A program made the position numbers and the translations under genes. This document shows, piece by piece, positions 24,640-36,689 of a stretch of DNA of 64,000 nt; position 1 is the stretch's first letter, and the number at the start of each line of letters is the position of its first letter. The DNA comes from Octopus bimaculoides. Its lineage: Eukaryota. Below the pieces are notes generated by a model. It did no database searches. It was not told the origin of the DNA and was given only the letters and a program-made list of their open reading frames with translations. The stretch covers positions 64,670,579 to 64,734,578 of the forward strand of contig NC_068984.1 of the NCBI RefSeq assembly GCF_001194135.2, given 5' to 3'.

Positions 24640-25641
24640 TGTATATTTCGATATATTATCGTATTATCTCCTTATATATTTTGTAGCGCACACTCGAGTG
24701 AAATTCCTCTCCCCTTTATTATATATACATTCATTCGAACGTAGCAGATAATAGCTGACCTTTGGCCGCTATTTATTACTCTGATTGGTTGCCATTGTTT
24801 CTTACTCTATTGCGTCAATATGCAGCGTATAACCAATCGGAGCCCCTAAAAAAGAACACGTGAGACAGCCTTTTCTCAACTCGTTTTGAGCCTATTCTTC
24901 ATTATAAAAAATCACCTTCTTCTCTTCTCGAGTTCTTTGGTTCCAAACCTTCTAAGGTCTAGCTACTGACTACACAAGACAGCCAGTTACAGCGACAACA
25001 CCAGACAACAACACCCGTCCAACACCCAGGTTTCAACACAGCACTGTTCGTGAATTACTTCACTCTGGATTTACAGCAAAGATACAAACTGCGAGCCAGA
25101 CAACAACATCCAACAGCATTACGGCAATCTCTCTTCGTCGCTATCATCTTCTTCTTAACAATGTCAACATCTCTACGTACACAGCTCAACCAGCAATACT
25201 GCACAGGTTCTAACATATCACTGTTTGTGAATTACTTCACTATGGTTAATAGTGAATATACAACCTGTGAGAACTCCTGTACAAGTGACCCAGGCAGCAG
25301 CATTACAGCCACAATTTCGTACGACACGTACTGCATCATCGCCACAACTTCTTGATACAACATTTCAACTTCCGTGTACAATTGACTACGAACTGGTATT
25401 TCTCATTCTTGTGTCAATGAACATTCGTCTTAACTTCTCATTATAGACTCTTTCACTTTCTTCCTCGTTGAGTTTATATGTACTTAACGCACACATACAT
25501 TCCTATACACATACACTTTGTTCTCATGACGGCCTGTCTATTATTCTGTATACATGACGCGCACACAGACACACGTTAAGTTATCAATAAAACCTCTCTT
25601 GGACCTTCTATTCGGTTGTGTCTTTCTCTTTCCAACTGGCA
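24640..25641 (+). mobile_element. Candidate solo LTR, about 1.0 kb
   Basis: TG...CA termini with a 4 bp CATT duplication on both sides (24636-24639, 25642-25645). Internal CCAAT boxes (~24783, ~24832), TATAAA (~24903), AATAAA (~25586) and internal direct repeats. Confidence 0.5.
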
Positions 25642-26714
25642 CATTATATGTATTATTCTAGCCTTCTGAACGGAGTCGTTATTTGATGGATTCACCATGT
25701 CATCACAACGACCATCTATAATTTCTATACAGAAAAACGCTATATCACTTGAAAGTGACTATACTAATTTGCATATAACTGTTAAAAATTCACTTTATAC
25801 TAATCATGAAAACTGAATATAAAAAAAGAAAGAAAAAAGGTAAGTGTATTGTTGTCTTTTACAGACACTCCGTTAAAGAGAATCTTCCTCATCTATCTTC
25901 ACTAAACTGACATTTTAAGTTTTCCCGCTGTTGCTGGTACTGTTGAGACAGTGCGCGTGCTAGTGTGTTAGAAACAAAGTGCGTGTGGCGCAATAGAAGT
26001 TGTTATAAATTGAGTCAATGTTTAATGTGTATAGTAGTGGGAGAAACTTAGGTTCGATTCCCATTTGACTTATTTCACTTTACTTCTTGTAAAAATCTCC
26101 AACGGTAAGTCAATAACTTGGATAAGAATTCATTCCGTCCGACTGGTTTAACTTTGTCAGACTAGATTAATACGAAACCATTGGTAGTGACCCATTAAGG
26201 AATTATATGGAATGTTTTCGTTTTCCATATACGTAACGGCGCAGCAGAGTGGAAAACAAGCTGACCAATATATTCTCAAACACCGATTCGTTTCGCGATT
26301 GAACTGGTGCTGAAATTTTGCTTCAAAGAAAAGGCACGAAGACCACAAACTCAATAGTTCCTACCTGTTAAGACCTAAGTTTTCGTGACTAAAAAAAATT
26401 TAGCCACTTCACAGTATTCAATCGCTTGGAGATTAGTTCTACCATACTTATTTCCCTTGTTCATTTGTCGTTCATAACAATCTAAGTCAATGCGTTATTT
26501 TATTCTTTTACTGGACAGTAAACATCCTGGGCGTACTATTTTCAAAAGTTTTAGTCTATTATATCCACTTAGGTATTTTCATCTGGTCCATATTTTATCG
26601 AACTCTAATTATTGAACTGATGAGTTACAAGCCATGCAGAAACAACGAAGTAAGATCGCTTTTTAGATCAGTGTATACATAAAAAGATGGGCAAGCAAAC
26701 ACACATCAGGAGTT

Positions 26715-26850
26715 TGCATAGTTTCCGTTTTCTAAATTCTGACAAGTTGATGGTCAACACGCCACCACATTAGAGGACACTATTGTCCAAAGTAAGTGGG
26801 ATCGAAGCCAGGACCATGCAGCTGCAAGCGAACATTTTAACTGCATAGTT
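26715..26850 (-). mobile_element. Highly degenerate SINE family A head
   Basis: ttccgttttctaaattc...aggacactattgtccaaag...gggatcgaagccaggaccatg resembles the reverse-complemented family A head. Confidence 0.45.
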
Positions 26851-26929
26851 GGGAGTATGGTTGGGTTCTGCAGACTGTCGGATATAGTGAATGTTTTTTC
26901 GCATCTATCATATTAGTGAAACAAATTAT

Positions 26930-27145
26930 GGTTTCTGTACTAGGCACAAGGCCAGCAATGTATGAGAGTGGGGAAGAGATTAAGCGATATTTTTTTACCC
27001 CAACACTTGGTTTGTTCTTTATCATATCTACTCCGAAAAGATGATCAGCAAAGTTGACCTCGGCGTAATTCGAACTTAGAACGCAAAAAGCTCGAAGAAA
27101 TATAGCAACGAATTTTGTCCAAACGCTCTAATGATTCTGCTAACA
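26930..27145 (-). mobile_element. SINE family C, degenerate
   Basis: actaggcacaaggcc...ccgaaaagatgatcagcaaagttgacctcggcgtaattcgaacttagaacg...ctaatgattctgctaac. Confidence 0.75.
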
Positions 27146-27630
27146 GTGACGAAACAGAAATGCTTCGGATATGAATGGGTAACAGAATTTGGTTGGCGAA
27201 GAAAGAACAATTGCTAACCGAAATTACAGGGGCTTTAAGCAGAAATCACTCAACTGGGTACGTCAACTATTTGTTTGACTTATATGATGTGGACTTTATT
27301 GTTGAAAACCTTGAGTAGCAACATGCAATATGATGAGGATGGTCGCCCAGACGGATCAGATGAAGGATTGCAAATGAAAGAATTCTCAATGAGAGAACTC
27401 GATGCTGTTTTAAGAGTTTTTTTTTTTTTCTTTTCTTTTAGGATGAAAGAATATGAAAACGGAGGCAGATCAAAATAGAAGAGATGGTGAAAGGGAGATA
27501 AGGAGAGGGAGAAAGAAAAAGAACGAGATGCAATTCAGAAGAGAAGCTGGTGCCGATAAGAAATTAAAAATCCAAACATTCTTTTTACAATACTTGAACA
27601 AAATTTATTTTGTGTGCCAAAATCTGAAAC

Positions 27631-27631
<1 letters not shown>

Positions 27632-27678
<47 letters not shown>

Positions 27679-27679
27679 C
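27632..27679. repeat. (ATT)n microsatellite
   Basis: About 16 perfect units. Confidence 0.95.
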
Positions 27680-28509
27680 ACTTTGCATAGGCTGACGCAA
27701 GTCAATAAACTAATAAAACATAAAACTGCATCCAATTCATTTATTTCCTTTTTTCTATTCATGTCAATGTTCGTGCATCTTTCTCCACACTCCGTTCGGA
27801 AATTTAAAAATTNNNNNNNNNNNNNNNNNNNNNNNNNNNNNNNNNNNNNNNNNNNNNNNNNNNNNNNNNNNNNNNNNNNNNNNNNNNNNNNNNNNNNNNN
27901 NNNNNNNNNNNNNNNNNNNNNNNNNNNNNNGTGTGTGTGTGTGTGTGTGTGTGTGTGAAAATATTTTATAGTATGTGTGTATGCATATGAGCTTTTGCTC
28001 AACAGTCGAATTTTACACTCTACACTCTCGGGTGTAATTACATGAAAGGTCGTTGAGCGTGAAACACGACGTAGTGACCAAAATTTTTATTTGAATAAAT
28101 ATATAAATACACTCACTATACCAATGCATTAAATATAACCTTGGTTTTCTTGGGGGGTTTTTTTTCGTTTTACAGACCATAATATTTGTATATGTATAGT
28201 AAATCCGTAATTTCAAGGAAATCAATATCCACCGATAGACGTATTTCACACTTCAAAAGTTATCGACTTACGAATTCGTTTTATCCACTTTTTATAATAA
28301 ACGGCGAGTTGTTGTATGTACTGTAAGCCAGTACGCATGAGAACAGGTCTCTTGTGATCTGGCGTAACTGTACCATTAGTAATTAACATAACAATATAAA
28401 ACAATTATAGAATATATGTAGATCTCGAAGCAGGCGTTCTGTATGGTGAACTTGCATATGGGAAGGCATCCTGAGCACAAACCAAGACTGCACAGTTTCA
28501 GGAATATAT

Positions 28510-28950
28510 CTTTTATCATTTACTTGTTTCGGTCATAGGATATCGGCCAAGCTGGGGCACCGCTTTCAACGGTTTAGCGGCTACACTTTAGCCGAACGAA
28601 ATCGACCCAGCACTTTTTTCTTTTTCTCTTCTTCTAAACTCTAGTATTTATTCAATCAATTTTGCCAAACTGTTAAGTCACGGAAACCTAAACAAACCGA
28701 CACCGGTTGTCAAGCAGTGGAAGGGGGACAAAGACACATACACATTCTTTTGTTTCAGTCATTAGACTGCAGCCATACCGGGGCACTACCTTGAAGAATT
28801 TTTAGTCGAACAAATAACCCCAGTACTAATTTTTTAAAGCCTGCTAGTACTTATTCTATCGGTCACTTTTGCCAAACTGTTAAGTTACGGTGACGTAACA
28901 AACCAACACTGGTTTTCAAGTGGGGGGGGGAACACAGGTACAAACACACG
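28510..28950 (-). mobile_element. Two tandem SINE family A 3' halves (28510-28745 and 28748-28950)
   Basis: Both run from ttgtttc(a/g)gtcat...ggggcac to aaactgttaagt...acaccggttgtcaag/acactggttttcaag, ending in a CA-rich linker. Confidence 0.85.
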
Positions 28951-29001
<51 letters not shown>

Positions 29002-29385
29002 TACGCATAGTTATATATGATAAAAAAACTGGGAAACGTCCTGGCTATAGAATAAAGTATACAAAATCAATTATTTCGAGTCGTAACTTAACATGCTGCT
29101 GGCTCTGAATTCAATAAGAAATATACAGAGATACCATTAAAAATGAAATTATAACACTTTTAACACACGGTAGGACACAGTATGGACTTCTAAACCTACC
29201 ATATACTTCGTAGTATATTATGGTTTCAAAACGAAATACCGATTCCTTGCCAACAATTAAAAATCAACGTGTGTGTGTTCATATGTGCACACATTTAATA
29301 AATGGGTGACTCAGTTCCACATTAAGCAACCCATTATTAAATACTAAAAACTCCAAGAAAAAATGTTTAAATGCATTCACCCACT

Positions 29386-29417
<32 letters not shown>

Positions 29418-29418
<1 letters not shown>

Positions 29419-29498
29419 GGGTAAAGACCCCCTTCGGTCATGAATAACCATGAGATTGAACCTAGAAAGTTACCCTCCGAGGGACAAGTCCGGGCAAG
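29418..29498 (-). mobile_element. Probable SINE 3' tail, cut by a gap
   Basis: ggtaaagacccccttcggtcatgaataaccatgagattgaacctagaaagttaccctccgagggacaagtccgggcaag follows a (TA)n run. It resembles, from memory, the tail of a cephalopod CORE-type SINE; there is no second copy in the window to confirm this. Confidence 0.45.
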
Positions 29499-30048
29499 NN
29501 NNNNNNNNNNNNNNNNNNNNNNNNNNNNNNNNNNNNNNNNNNNNNNNNNNNNNNNNNNNNNNNNNNNNNNNNNNNNNNNNNNNNNNNNNNNNNNNNNNNN
29601 NNNNNNNNNNNNNNNNNNNNNNNNNNNNNNNNNNNNNNNNNNNNNNNNNNNNNNNNNNNNNNNNNNNNNNNNNNNNNNNNNNNNNNNNNNNNNNNNNNNN
29701 NNNNNNNNNNNNNNNNNNNNNNNNNNNNNNNNNNNNNNNNNNNNNNNNNNNNNNNNNNNNNNNNNNNNNNNNNNNNNNNNNNNNNNNNNNNNNNNNNNNN
29801 NNNNNNNNNNNNNNNNNNNNNNNNNNNNNNNNNNNNNNNNNNNNNNNNNNNNNNNNNNNNNNNNNNNNNNNNNNNNNNNNNNNNNNNNNNNNNNNNNNNN
29901 NNNNNNNNNNNNNNNNNNNNNNNNNNNNNNNNNNNNNNNNNNNNNNNNNNNNNNNNNNNNNNNNNNNNNNNNNNNNNCACACGTACGTACTGCTATAACC
30001 TATTGAATTTTTGTTGCTTATCTTCAAATATATATATATATATATATG

Positions 30049-30275
30049 TGGTTTAAAGGTACAGAAAGCAAAAACAGAGACGGGTGAGAGAACAACAAGC
30101 AGTTGTATTTAGTTTAACGCCCGGGAAAAATAGAGAAGTTTTTGACGTTTCGAGCCTACGCTCTTCGACAGAAATGGATGAGAGGGGGAAAGTCAAGAGT
30201 GAGAGAGAGAAAAAATCCTGGTTCCACACACAAACAGATGTATTAAAACTAAAATAAAACTCTAAAAAAATCATA
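30049..30275 (-). mobile_element. Penelope-like repeat fragment containing a minimal hammerhead-like motif
   Basis: Sits next to (TA)n, has a pyrimidine-rich body on the minus strand, and contains CTGTCGAA-GAGC-GTAG-GCTC-GAAACGTC. Confidence 0.5.
30141..30174 (-). ncRNA. Minimal type I hammerhead-ribozyme-like motif with a variant core
   Basis: UUU-CUGUCGAA-GAGC(GUAG)GCUC-GAAAC-GUC-AAA: perfect stem II, palindromic ACGU stem III, GUC cleavage triplet and 3 bp stem I. The core differs from CUGANGA. Confidence 0.5.
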
Positions 30276-31539
30276 TTTGCTTTTTAATGTTTTTATTTTT
30301 GATATCATATGGAAGAATCATGGTGACTTTTAGACTTTAATGAAAATAAAAACAAGATATAGAAAATGACAATTGACAGGTTCGATTCATCAGAGATCCC
30401 ATGACAAAAAGAAATGTCACCACTACACCGCTATCAACAAACAATATTATAAACAATAAACAGCAAGGATGAATATGTTCACTCTTACAACCACCACCAC
30501 CACCTACATTACCACGTCAATCCAACCACGCCTACCTCTTTCATCGCCACCCCACATCAACTATCAGTTTCCAATAACTTGTATAAATATTTCAGCGGGT
30601 GGGGATGCCAGTCAACGACGACGACGACTATGATGATGATGATGATGAGGAAGAGGAGGTGGCGGATACCTGACCTTCTTAAAACTCTTTCAGAATCGAA
30701 ATATCTCAAATTTAACAGAATCTCTGTTCTCAGAATCTGGTCTCCGTCTTCTACAATCAGATATCACAGTGCAAATCTAATAACACTCACAGCAAAAACG
30801 TCCAAATTGCTGTTACTTTAGGCGTCTGGATGAGACGTGGAACAGTTCGTATGAAACAAGGAAACAACAGCGTAAAAAATAACAATAATCATCGTCGACG
30901 TCGTCTTCATCGTCATATGATGTTAGATGAGAAAGAAATTAGAAGTACCCTAGGTGCGTTTGAAAGCTGAGAGGGAAAGAGAAGAGAGGGAACCAAAGAC
31001 AGAGCGTGGACAAAAGGTAATGGGGTCACATTTGCATAAGATCCCTGTAACAGAGTATAAGTAGGGAAGGGTATTACTAAAGGAGAGATGCTTTTCTCAC
31101 AGCAGTGAGCGGACGGATACATTAAACATGGTTCATACGAACAATAATTATGAATAATAATGTGTGGCTCATCAAGGTGGTAGCTGTAGCCGTCGTGATA
31201 AATAAGTTGAAGCAGAGATTTAACGGAAGAAGAAGATAGAATGTTATAATTAAGAAACTGGAGATTATAAAGGCAAGTGGAGATGCTGACATAACGTTCT
31301 GTGAGTGACCTGCCAGGTAGTGAAAAGTGTATGGTGGTGGTGGTGGTGGGAGGAGAAGATGAGATGAATGTAATTAGCAGTGGTGGGAGGAGTGCTGTTG
31401 AAAGGCGAAGGGAGGGACCATCGATTTAAAATGACTACGATGAAGATGATGATGATGATGATGACGATGACGACGACTATGACGAACACCATCGTCACTG
31501 TAATAATCATTAAAAACTGTTGTTGTTTTTTCAAACACA

Positions 31540-31860
<321 letters not shown>

Positions 31861-33059
31861 ACAGTTCGTTAGAAGTGAATTAAAAAGAAGACAAAGCGAG
31901 TGAGATAGATAGATAGATAGATAGATAGGGACATGTGAAAGAAAGATAAAGAAAAGAGACAGAAAGAGGCACGGGGTTTTGTATAACCTCCTAATAGAAA
32001 AAATGAATGATGATAAACGAATTAAAAACATCTCTCAGACACGCGCGCGCACAAACAACTGATATGATATGACTTGCACCATGTTGTTATCGAATATCAT
32101 TTATATCACTTGTTCGATATCATATAACACACCACACACCGCAATCACAACAACAGCAACAACAACAACAAATATACAGAAAATCACTAGTAAAAATCGA
32201 AAAAGACACGAGTGCATGACGACGACAGTGATGATTGTTAAAAAATATACAACACGAAACAAAACAAACAACGAAGAGAGAAAATGCAGCGACAGGCAGA
32301 GGTATGATTAAAAAAGACTTTTGAATACATTCGTTTCGTTGGCCGATAAAAGCAAATGGATTAGTGTAGCACAGACCTAACACACCCGCCGCCGCAACCA
32401 CCACCACCACCACCACNNNNNNNNNNNNNNNNNNNNNNNNNNNNNNNNNNNNNNNNNNNNNNNNNNNNNNNNNNNNNNNNNNNNNNNNNNNNNNNNNNNN
32501 NNNNNNNNNNNNNNNNNNNNNNNNNNNNNNNNNNNNNNNNNNNNNNNNNNNNNNNNNNNNNNNNNNNNNNNNNNNNNNNNNNNNNNNNNNNNNNNNNNNN
32601 NNNNNNNNNNNNNNNNNNNNNNNNNNNNNNNNNNNNNNNNNNNNNNNNNNNNNNNNNNNNNNNNNNNNNNNNNNNNNNNNNNNNNNNNNNNNNNNNNNNN
32701 NNNNNNNNNNNNNNNNNNNNNNNNNNNNNNNNNNNNNNNNNNNNNNNNNNNNNNNNNNNNNNNNNNNNNNNNNNNNNNNNNNNNNNNNNNNNNNNNNNNN
32801 NNNNNNNNNNNNNNNNNNNNNNNNNNNNNNNNNNNNNNNNNNNNNNNNNNNNNNNNNNNNNNNNNNNNNNNNNNNNNNNNNNNNNNNNNNNNNNNNNNNN
32901 NNNNNNNNNNNNNNNNNNNNNNNNNNNTATATATATATATATATATGAGCTTTAATAAAAAGTGTATTACTCTACCTCTGGTATTCGAGTACTATGTTTT
33001 CTTGTTTTGCACTTATGCCCTCACCACTGTGTGCGTGTGCATGTGTTGTGTATGTGTGT

Positions 33060-33458
33060 AGGTGTAGGCGTGGCTGTGTCGTAAGAAGTTTGCTTCCCAA
33101 CCACATCGTTCTGGGTTCAGTCCCACTGCATGGCACCTTGGGCAAGTGTCTTCTACTATAGACTCGGGCCAACCAAAGCCGTGTGAGTGGATTTGGTAGA
33201 CGAAAAGTGAAAGAAGCCCATCATATATGTATGTATCTATGTATGTATGTATGTATGTGTGTGTGTCTGTGTTTGATCCCCGCCATCGCTTAACAACCAA
33301 TGCTGGTGTATATCCCCGTTACTTAGCGGTTTGAGAAAAGCGACTGATAGAATAAGAACGATGAATAAGTCCCGGGGTCAATTTCTTCGACTAAAACTCT
33401 TTAAGCCGGTGCTCCAGCATGGCCGCAATCAAATGACTGAAACAAGTCTAAAAGAATA
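33060..33458 (+). mobile_element. SINE family A, full length
   Basis: Colinear with 3112-3540; head aggtgtaggcgtggctgtgtcgtaag, B-box gggttcagtccc, tail aaatgactgaaacaagt. Confidence 0.92.
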
Positions 33459-33711
33459 TATACACACACAATATGCATTTCGTTTTTACAATCTGTAAAC
33501 TAGGTGACAGACAAACGTGGAGTAATGAGGACCACGTTATTGACGGTGTCATGAATGGCGACGAAAGAACTCTGATGAATCTGGCTGGTTGATTGATTGA
33601 TAGACTGACTGACCGAACGATTAATCAAACAATCGGTTAATCAATTGGTTAACTAGTGAACTAATGATAACAACAAAAATGAAACAAAATCAGTGAGTGT
33701 TAAGACTCTTC

Positions 33712-33780
33712 TGGGGGTGCTGAAAAGTTCCTGTCTTTAAGGGTGTCGCGAAAGGCCTGGTTGGCGGCCCAACCTTCCGT
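33712..33780 (-). mobile_element. One end of the mariner-type MITE family seen at 46202-46417, running into a gap
   Basis: gggggtgctgaaaagttcctgtctttaagggtgtcgcgaaaggcctgg matches the reverse complement of 46345-46417. Confidence 0.75.
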
Positions 33781-34311
33781 TTTTTTTTTTTTTTTNNNNN
33801 NNNNNNNNNNNNNNNNNNNNNNNNNNNNNNNNNNNNNNNNNNNNNNNNNNNNNNNNNNNNNNNNNNNNNNNNNNNNNNNNNNNNNNNNNNNNNNNNNNNN
33901 NNNNNNNNNNNNNNNNNNNNNNNNNNNNNNNNNNNNNNNNNNNNNNNNNNNNNNNNNNNNNNNNNNNNNNNNNNNNNNNNNNNNNNNNNNNNNNNNNNNN
34001 NNNNNNNNNNNNNNNNNNNNNGTTCTCAACAGTGACTCCCAGTGCCGCATGTGGCCCTCCAATATCCTTCTAGCAGCCCTCGATGGTCTTCCCTCTATAA
34101 ATATATATATATATATATATACACAGACACACGCACACACACACACACACACACAAGCAATGCACCCCGGTGTTGCCTGGGTGTTATGACCTACAGCTAC
34201 ATTGTATTATTTGTTCCTTTCTTATGGGCAGAGTCGGCACACGAGGAGTATGAAGCAAATAAATCTTTATAAACATGTTTTGCGGTCATTTTCTGATGAA
34301 CAACACTTCAA

Positions 34312-34462
34312 TTTCAGTCTACCAAACTGAGTCACAAGTCTGTGATTGACCTAGGGCTATTAGTAGAAAACACTTGCCCAAGGTTCCATGCAGAGGGACT
34401 GAACGTGAAACCATGTGGGTGGGAAGCAAACGTCTCAACTGCACAGTTATTCTTGCACCTAA
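34312..34462 (-). mobile_element. SINE family A, 5' half
   Basis: tttcagtctaccaaac...gtagaaaacacttgcccaaggttccatgcagagggactgaac...ccatgtgggtgggaagc...cttgcacct. Confidence 0.85.
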
Positions 34463-36689
34463 TGTGTGTGTGTGTTTACATTTGCTGTTCAATCGAGTAT
34501 TGTGTCCCACTATGTCTCAAAGTTCATCAAGTAAAGATCTATAAAATAAATGCCAGATTGAAATACGAACTGAAGTATGACTAATTAAATTTTTGAAGGT
34601 GATGCCCCATCATGGCGACAATCGAAAGACCAGACCCAATAAAATATGTTTTAAGACTTAATCGCTTCAAATTTAAGGCAATGGATTACGAACCACAAGA
34701 TAATGAATTCAAAACTTCGAACTGAAGTTCCACTCTATACGATAACACTATATGTACATCTCAGTCTCCTTTACTTTCAACAATTAACAATTGTAATTTG
34801 AAGTTGAATGGCAACTCTGGGCTAAACAAAACACAAACATACTTCACATTGAAAGATTATCTACTAAATAATACTAATAAAGTTGATAGTATATCTTCGC
34901 AGTTTCATTCTATCAGATTGTTCAGGCAGAGTTGCCTCACTTAGCTGAAGACCTCAAAATTGTGCGACCCGATCTCGTTTTTGAGGTTATTTTTGTAGTA
35001 AAACAGAGTTGTTGTGCAAAAAACATGCTTTATTTGGTAGCCGAAAGTTTATTGAATCTTTTGATACCACATACGTCAAAATCGGCAACTCAGTTTTCAA
35101 ATTCATAAGGAACATACACACACACACAAATCCAGTTTTATTATATAAAAAATATATATATATATATTCTTTTATAGGTTTCGGCCCTTATGCTGCAGCC
35201 ATTCNNNNNNNNNNNNNNNNNNNNNNNNNNNNNNNNNNNNNNNNNNNNNNNNNNNNNNNNNNNNNNNNNNNNNNNNNNNNNNNNNNNNNNNNNNNNNNNN
35301 NNNNNNNNNNNNNNNNNNNNNNNNNNNNNNNNNNNNNNNNNNNNNNNNNNNNNNNNNNNNNNNNNNNNNNNNNNNNNNNNNNNNNNNNNNNNNNNNNNNN
35401 NNNNNNNNNNNNNNNNNNNNNNNNNNNNNNNNNNNNNNNNNNNNNNNNNNNNNNNNNNNNNNNNNNNNNNNNNNNNNNNNNNNNNNNNNNNNNNNNNNNN
35501 NNNNNNNNNNNNNNNNNNNNNNNNNNNNNNNNNNNNNNNNNNNNNNNNNNNNNNNNNNNNNNNNNNNNNNNNNNNNNNNNNNNNNNNNNNNNNNNNNNNN
35601 NNNNNNNNNNNNNNNNNNNNNNNNNNNNNNNNNNNNNNNNNNNNNNNNNNNNNNNNNNNNNNNNNNNNNNNNNNNNNNNNNNNNNNNNNNNNNNNNNNNN
35701 NNNNNNNNNNNNNNNNNNNNNNNNNNNNNNNNNNNNNNNNNNNNNNNNNNNNNNNNNNNNNNNNNNNNNNNNNNNNNNNNNNNNNNNNNNNNNNNNNNNN
35801 NNNNNNNNNNNNNNNNNNNNNNNNNNNNNNNNNNNNNNNNNNNNNNNNNNNNNNNNNNNNNNNNNNNNNNNNNNNNNNNNNNNNNNNNNNNNNNNNNNNN
35901 NNNNNNNNNNNNTGTTCTTCAATTGAAATAAAATTATCAATATTTTGTTTTTGAAATTCAAATGTGGATACAAGATTTGTTTGAATTGTTTCTATTTTTC
36001 ATGATTTCTGTGCTGCATAAATCTTTAAAAAGTAAAAAATAAATAAATTAAAAAAAGGAAAAAGAAAATAATATATATTTATTACATTTCGGCGGTGTAA
36101 TCCCTTCGTGAGCATTTGATAAAATGAGCATCATTAATATATTCCTTCGGATAAAAAAAAAATGTTTTTGTCTCTGCTCATTGTTAAAATAAACAGCATC
36201 TTTAAATAGTCCTCAAACTAGCACTAAATGCAAATTAGGCATCCCATGTGGAAACTAATAATCATTTCTATTCACCGCTCGCTAAACGCCAACACAAGTT
36301 ATTCACACCACACATAGCACACACACACACATACATTGATTTACCAAACAAAATTTTTAGCTCGAACTCCTAAAAATAGCTGCTACATTTCCCTTAAATT
36401 ACAGCCTTCTGTCTTAAAACAATATTTTAAACTCTCAGTAACATAATAGTAGAATACACGACGTCTGAAAGAGTAGAAAAAAGCTTGAACTCTCTTCAAT
36501 AAAGGCTAACCTACAAACAACAAATGAAGAAGCTTTTACATAGTCGCTCAAAATATCGTAATCGTAGGATATTTCAGTTAAAATCTCCTTCAGAACATAT
36601 CATGCTGTGTTTAAGAAAGGGCATACTGAATAATATAATAATAATACACAATGTTTGAATAATAAAAGACAATGTTACGGCTGGAATAT

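Noticed and set aside
26615-26650. CTGATGAG...GAAAC as a hammerhead
   Set aside because: No stem II pairing and no NUH cleavage triplet.
27300-27800. Two opposite-strand peptides sharing ELDAVL, loosely like the LINE pre-RT FTxxELxxxL motif
   Set aside because: Only 6 residues, with no flanking RT motifs in the correct order.
34022-34092. GC-rich 70 bp (GRPSRAARRILEGHMRHWESLLR on the minus strand) as transposase
   Set aside because: Too short, bounded by a gap and a microsatellite, and has no diagnostic motif.
35170-35204. GGC...GCCGAAAC on the minus strand as a hammerhead
   Set aside because: Better explained as a degenerate family A SINE tail (gtttcggcc...ctgcagccat) running into a gap.
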